Of a stretch of 64,000 bases of DNA, positions 56,619 through 64,000 are shown piece after piece (the stretch's first letter is position 1; each line of letters starts with the position of its first letter). A program made the position numbers and the translations under genes. This DNA comes from Eledone cirrhosa (lineage: Eukaryota): NCBI GenBank assembly GCA_964016885.1, contig OZ024745.1, positions 14,756,001-14,820,000 of the forward strand, in the 5' to 3' direction. The notes under the pieces were generated by a model. That model made no database searches. It was not told the DNA's origin and saw nothing but the letters and a program-made list of their open reading frames with translations.

Positions 56619-58258
56619 ATATTTAGAAACACACAGATACATGCGGACACACACATATATACATGAATGCATCCGCACCCAACTGTGAGTTAAGGGTGCC
56701 AACTTCACCGATGTTGCTCAATGAATGACTGGGACAGACCAATTCAGTTGAACTAGACTGAACCAGTATCAGAGTTAAAAATACATTATGAAGAGAGAAG
56801 AAACATTTAGATATAATTAGTAATAAAATGTATCATACCTAAACTGCTCCTAAATTCCTCGACTACGTAGTTTCGTGGCATAAACAAAAACAATATATCA
56901 TAAAGATATAGAGTCCCTGCGAGGTCTGCCGACTTATCAAGAGGATACCTCATTTTACTAGTCTCAAGAACGCGTCTACACGACGTGAGAAAGAATCCCA
57001 AAAGGCGGAGGGGGAGATAGTCACGCGATATAACGGTCGAGAAACAGAGCTAAGCCTCTTATAACCCCGAAGAAAATACCACGGAGGCGGAGGGGGTATT
57101 TATATCGAGGCCGTAGAAGAGGTGGTGAAGAAGGCGAGAAGTATGAGTAATGGAAGCTTTCCAGCTGTCCCCACACTTCAAAGATTGCTCGACCAGAGGG
57201 AGTTATTAACAATATATTTAGAAACACACAGATACATGCGGACACACACATATATACATGAATGCATCCGCACCCAACTGTGAGTTAAGGGTGCCAACTT
57301 CACCGATGTTGCTCAATGAATGACTGGGACAGACCAATTCAGTTGAACTAGACTGAACCAGTATCAGAGTTAAAAATACATTATGAAGAGAGAAGAAACA
57401 TTTAGATATAATTAGTAATAAAATGTATCATACCTAAACTGCTCCTAAATTCCTCGACTACGTAGTTTCGTGGCATAAACAAAAACAATATATCATAAAG
57501 ATATAGAGTCCCTGCGAGGTCTGCCGACTTATCAAGAGGATACCTCATTTTACTAGTCTCAAGAACGCGTCTACACGACGTGAGAAAGAATCCCAAAAGG
57601 CGGAGGGGGAGATAGTCACGCGATATAACGGTCGAGAAACAGAGCTAAGCCTCTTATAACCCCGAAGAAAATACCACGGAGGCGGAGGGGGTATTTATAT
57701 CGAGGCCGTAGAAGAGGTGGTGAAGAAGGCGAGAAGTATGAGTAATGGAAGCTTTCCAGCTGTCCCCACACTTCAAAGATTGCTCGACCAGAGGGAGTTA
57801 TTAACAATATATTTAGAAACACACAGATACATGCGGACACACACATATATACATGAATGCATCCGCACCCAACTGTGAGTTAAGGGTGCCAACCTCACCG
57901 ATGTTGCTCAATGAATGACTGGGACAGACCAATTCAGTTGAACTAGACTGAACCAGTATCAGAGTTAAAAATACATTATGAAGAGAGAAGAAACATTTAG
58001 ATATAATTAGTAATAAAATGTATCATACCTAAACTGCTCCTAAATTCCTCGACTACGTAGTTTCGTGGCATAAACAAAAACAATATATCATAAAGATATA
58101 GAGTCCCTGCGAGTTCTGCCGACTTATCAAGAGGATACCTCATTTTACTAGTCTCAAGAACGCGTCTACACGACGTGAGAAAGAATCCCAAAAGGCGGAG
58201 GGGGAGATAGTCACGCGATATAACGGTCGAGAAACAGAGCTAAGCCTCTTATAACCCC
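56614..58258 (-). repeat. 595-bp tandem array (~2.8 copies), one variant hammerhead per unit
   Basis: Unit starts at 56614, 57209 and 57804. Near-identical (two substitutions seen in copy 3). (TA)n at both ends. Confidence 0.95.
56855..56946 (-). ncRNA. Type I hammerhead, U3-A8 core with enlarged stem II (also 57450-57541, 58045-58136)
   Basis: TCCTC TTGATAA GT(c)GGCA [~46 nt] TGCCAC GAAAC TACGTA GTC GAGGA, with palindromic stem III ACTACGTAGT. Confidence 0.7.
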
Positions 58259-58369
58259 ATATATATATATATAAATATACAAACATTCATACACACACAG
58301 ACACACATACACATACACATATATATATATTATTATATATCTACAAACATACGTACATTCACACACACA

Positions 58370-58508
<139 letters not shown>

Positions 58509-58771
58509 TTATCTATAATATATATATAAACTTAACTATTATAATTTTAACGTCTGATGAGTGTAGGATATCATATTGAATTAAATTAATTCTTTAGTTA
58601 CACGATAATATATATCGCACGCATCATGTATAATACACACGTATACAAGGAAATACAACTGCCCGCCATATATATATATAGTAATAATAATAAATGTGAA
58701 GACTAAAATCGAAAGAAGGCTCGTTAAGGATAAATATATATCAAATATATAAGAACCCTAGAGCAAATATT

Positions 58772-59569
<798 letters not shown>

Positions 59570-59589
59570 AGATATCCTTCCCAAAGGTA

Positions 59590-60545
59590 ATCAAGGACAA
59601 AGATCAATAATCGATGTTGTTATTGTTTCTGTTCTCTTTGGTTCTGTGCTGGATGTTCGTGTTAAGAGAGGGGCTGACATGTCAACTGATCACCATCTGC
59701 AACGTAAGACTACCTCAAGCCAAAGAAGCCGACAAAGCTGACAGGTGGAAGGAGACGTACAGAATGAAGCGGGAAGTGTTGGTGGAGAAGGAAGTCATGA
59801 TTAGGTATGGAGATACTAATGCATCCAATTTCAGAGAACTCTCTGAACAAACTGAACACGTTGAGACAGAGTGGAGATTGTTCAGCCCGGCAGTTTCTGC
59901 TTCAGCTGTTAACTGCTGCGGCCGAAAGAGGCTTGGTGTGGCGCCGCAAGCCAGGAGGACCCATTGGTTCAATCAAAAGGTCAATGATGCTAACCGAGCA
60001 GAGAATGAGACCTACAGAGCTTGGCTTGGAAATACGACCTCCTTCTTGAACTTGAGACATACGTAGGCACTAAGAGTCACAGCAGAGACAGTAAAGGCGT
60101 ACAAAGTTAAGATATGCGTGGACTTTTTGGGTTAAGATGGAACCCAAATCCAGATCAGCAAATAAAGTATTTGCAAACCATCCGCCGACTTCATAATAAG
60201 AAGTCCTTTTCCAGACCTGCTATCAGTAACGTGTGTCTTGGGTTCTCCTCTCTGAAGAGAGGTGCATCATAAGGGTCTTTACTCGGTAACGTTACTCGAT
60301 AAGGTGCGTAGCTCGTAGATGAGATATTCAATCCAGGTAGAGCCACTACTTTTCCGAATTGAGAGATCACAGCTCCGATACTATTGGTATGTGGTTAGAA
60401 TGTCTCAAGAGAAAATCGGTGGACAGATGTTGCGGGCAAAACCAACCGACAGGAGACCCAGCGGTAGACCATGAGTTGGATATCATCCCTGAGAGTAACT
60501 GGTCTCGTTTGGAATCCAGCCGGATCTGTTGGAGGCAGACTCTGT
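59590..60545 (+). mobile_element. Internally deleted RTE-like LINE remnant followed by (GAAAAA)n
   Basis: APE C-terminus RSIIDVVIVS..VLDVRVKRGADMSTDHHL, and RTE-type 3' end LLFRIERSQLRYYWYVVRM..PTDRRPSGRP. Confidence 0.8.
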
Positions 60546-60705
60546 CCCCATGATATTCTCAAGAATATGAATAAAAAGGAAAAGAAAAAGGAAAAGAAAA
60601 AGAAAAAGAAAAAGAAAAAGAAAAAGAAAAAGAAAAAGAAAAAGAAAAGGGAGACGACGAAGAAGAAGAAAAAAAAGGGTAAAAGCAGAATATTTATATA
60701 TATAA

Positions 60706-60809
<104 letters not shown>

Positions 60810-62881
60810 AGTTTCCGTTGAAAATTGAAAAAGTCATAGGAGTGAAGAGTGCTCTATGTAAGTACCAGAGCAAAATTTAATGTATAATAAACAATACAAT
60901 ATAATTACCTCATTACCAGAGGTTTCCCGAATAAGACGAATACGAAAAAAACGTCCTCATTCGTTCGTCGGACAAGGTAATATATATATATATATATTAT
61001 ACGTGTGCGCGTGTCTGCGTGTGTGTGTGCGTGTGAGTGTATTCAGTTGTTTTTTATTTTCATTTTATCTTCTATCTCATCACTTTTACTTACTTTTGTC
61101 CATCAATAAATCCCTGCACTATGTACAGTACATTGGCATTTTCCCAAAAGAGACATTTTATACTGTATAAACATTTGATGCAGAGCGTTCATATATATCC
61201 ATGCGCGGTAGATAATTTAAGCCGTAACTTAGGTTTATGCATTTATCAGAGATGATGTCAGTGAAAGATCTTTAGTTGATGACTGTCTGAGAATAAAGGA
61301 TTTATTGTTATTTTGCAGGCTTTCTTGCACAATGACCTACAAGACATAATTCAAGAGGGAAACTAAAGAAAATCATATACAATTTCTAGCCACAGTGACT
61401 ACAAACAACAAGATAAATAATTATATCCCAGCATTAAACATTAAACCTTTCACAATCTTTATAAATGCTTGGCTTCATAATCTCGTATGAAATCTAAAGA
61501 ATCATTGCAAATAACAAATGCTGAAGACACTAGTTGTTAAAGACTGGAATATAGAAGTGAATTAACCTACATAAGAGTATTAATCTTGTATTGACATTAA
61601 TGTGTAACTGCTGCACACAGAAACCTTAGCAACTCCATTCAGGGCAGGGATATCACCAGAACATAGATACCATCAGCATGAAACACCATTCATCAAATAT
61701 CTGATCTGTCAGAGTTCGTCTAATAATCATAGCATTAATGATAATACACTAATACGCTGCCTCACACGTATCTATTTTCATATTGTTATTATATCTATTC
61801 CTAACCAGATAATCACGATGTTCCTGCAGAGATTATTTGAGAATTGTATATAACCTATTTCCTGGATTATCTCATTCAGTAAATTCCCCGTTTATAAGAC
61901 TGTAATGGTGAGTTTCATATTTAGCTGCTATTGTTATAGGGTGAAGGTTAAGTGTAGAAGCTCACTCGTTGATGTAAACATCCTAAACATCCCAAACATT
62001 CTTCACAAATTACAGATATTTCGTTTACAATAACGCTACATTGATGAACTTGCAAGCTGTTTCTAATATCATACACAACTGTGCACACACACAAGATACA
62101 CAGAAGAGACACACGCAACAAATAAATGGATCCCTACATCATTCCTATCAGACACTGCAATATAGTAAATAAAACAAAATGAAGCAGCCTAGATCTCTCA
62201 CATACATAATATTTGATGCTCATAAAAACAAAAACAGATATGCGCTTCAAATCATTGTGGGTTTCACGTTCCACCGCTGTCACCTCAAATGACTCAGCTA
62301 ACATTGCAGATCATTCTGATATCTAGAAACCACATACGAACCAAGATATATTGTGTAAACCGTAGTTCATGTCAGTGCCTCGATACGAAAATGTTAGAGC
62401 TTTTTTCATGTAGTTACTTGACGTGCTAGATTAAACAGTGGAAATAATCTACAGTCTAGACTAATTGGAAGAAAGAATCCCTACCTGATTCTGTCAAGTA
62501 CCTATACATTTCCCTCCTTTATAGCATCGCAGCGGTCAGAGAAAATCATAAACTTTTTTCGATATTATACAATTCTCTGAAAAAGCTGCCGTCTCTTAGA
62601 TTAAAAGCTCTATTGTAAAAGCTGTCTATACATATAGATTTCAAGGCCCAATATTGACCATATCTCCAGATTATAAGAGGGATACAAAAGTAATCCTCAT
62701 TAGACGAGTTTGAAGATATCTTTAAAAGTATGGTCAATATTGGGCGTTGAAACCTTATGTAGCACTTTTACTCTGTATATGAACATGGATAAATAATGTA
62801 ATTATCAGCTCTCTTCCCTCATTGAGCACAGTTTTCCTTTTTCCTTTTTCACACCTACGGATATTTTCTACTCACACACAG

Positions 62882-62973
<92 letters not shown>

Positions 62974-63039
62974 CACACACACACACACATACATGTATAT
63001 ATATATATATACATATTTTTATATATATATATATATATA

Positions 63040-63410
63040 TGTAAAATGTAAAAAGAAATAGCAACACAATCGGTACAGTATATGGAAAGGATATATTAGG
63101 TTAACGCTTGATATAGCAGGAAGAGGGTCTTAACGTTTCGGACGATAGTCCTTCATCAGAAGAAAGAATGAGAAATAAGATAGATTGAGGGGACGGGTGG
63201 GTTGGATTTGGAAAAAATGTTGTTAGATAAAAATAACAGGTCCATTCATGTTGACATCTCTTGAAAACTGTTGGTGCTGGCGTTTTGTGTATGATTTATT
63301 TTTAGAAAAATGGATGATAGTGCGCATCTACCTGAAATGGAAAAAAAACGTTTTGTAAAAAGAGCTATACTTGAGCACGTGCGTAAGCATGAGTGTGTGT
63401 GTATGTGTGT

Positions 63411-63446
<36 letters not shown>

Positions 63447-63858
63447 ATGCATCCGTACGAAGCTAAGAAGAAATGTGTGTAATATGTGAGTAAAAGAGTG
63501 TGTGTGCATGTAAGTACAAATCTATAAGCAAAAGTATGTTAATATAAGGGTGTGTATGTGTGTATACAGAGCAGTGAAGGGAAAAGTGGAGTGAGCATAT
63601 ATAGTGGGCCTGTATTAGTTGTAAGAGAAGATGTTAATGATCAAGAGAAAGTGATAGGAATCTAGTGGTGTGATAATTGACGGGGTATTAGAGAAATTGG
63701 GGAATTGGACCCAAGGCGGTGAGTCAGACTTTGTTCAGTTCTGGTGTGCGAGGCCTGTGATCCATGATGTAAAAGGACACCCAGGACTGAAACATGTAGA
63801 GAAGAATGACCAGGATAAAGAAATGACGGGCGACAGGAGTATGCAAACCGTGTCCCCG
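63040..63858 (-). mobile_element. Penelope-like element 3' remnant (GIY-YIG C-terminus plus 3' repeat)
   Basis: PVARHF, frameshift, GHSSLHVSVLGVLLHHGSQASHTRTEQSLTHRLGSNSP at 63680-63850, followed by a CA-rich UTR and an HHR. Confidence 0.75.
63128..63163 (-). ncRNA. Minimal type I hammerhead
   Basis: TCTT CTGATGA a GGAC tatc GTCC GAAAC GTT AAGA, with palindromic AACGTT stem III. Confidence 0.75.
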
Positions 63859-63920
63859 GGAGTAACCACAATAAGTAAGGTACTCAATACAAAGCAGAGT
63901 ATAAATATTTAATATAAAAA

Positions 63921-63971
63921 GGCTTCTACATACTTAGAACTGTTTCACTCGGGAGAAATCCTCAGGAAGCC
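63921..63971 (-). ncRNA. Type I hammerhead candidate
   Basis: GGCTTC CTGAGGA tTTC tccc GAGt GAAAC A gttctaagta T GTA GAAGCC. Homologue of 13937-13989 with a different but still paired stem I. Confidence 0.65.
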
Positions 63972-64000
63972 GGCTATCCAAGTAATATGGTGGAATTTAT

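Noticed and set aside
56807-58191. Repeated 64-aa and 76-aa ORFs as a gene family
   Set aside because: They recur only because the 595-bp unit is repeated, and show no recognisable domains.

Overview
AT-rich, microsatellite-dense eukaryotic DNA, intergenic or intronic. The SINE families look like those of octopus/cephalopods (recognition from memory, not a database search). No host gene can be called confidently; there is one plausible 105-nt exon. Almost all ORF-track entries are microsatellite or repeat artefacts. Recognisable coding remnants are retroelements: three Penelope-like (PLE) GIY-YIG 3' ends, two CRE-clade fragments, an R4/Dong-like fragment, an RTE fragment, and a young Tx1-like LINE inserted in an (ATCT)n tract. 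The main signal is non-coding. The window holds many type I hammerhead ribozymes (HHR), mostly in (TA)n-embedded units, many of which fold back into palindromes. Two are retrozyme-like tandem arrays: a 310-bp unit (about 4 copies, then about 6 inverted copies, one HHR each) and a 595-bp unit (about 2.8 copies). Three families with otherwise different ribozyme sequences use the compensatory U3-A8 core (UUGANAA) instead of CUGANGA. Ribozymes were folded by eye and none has been tested for activity.
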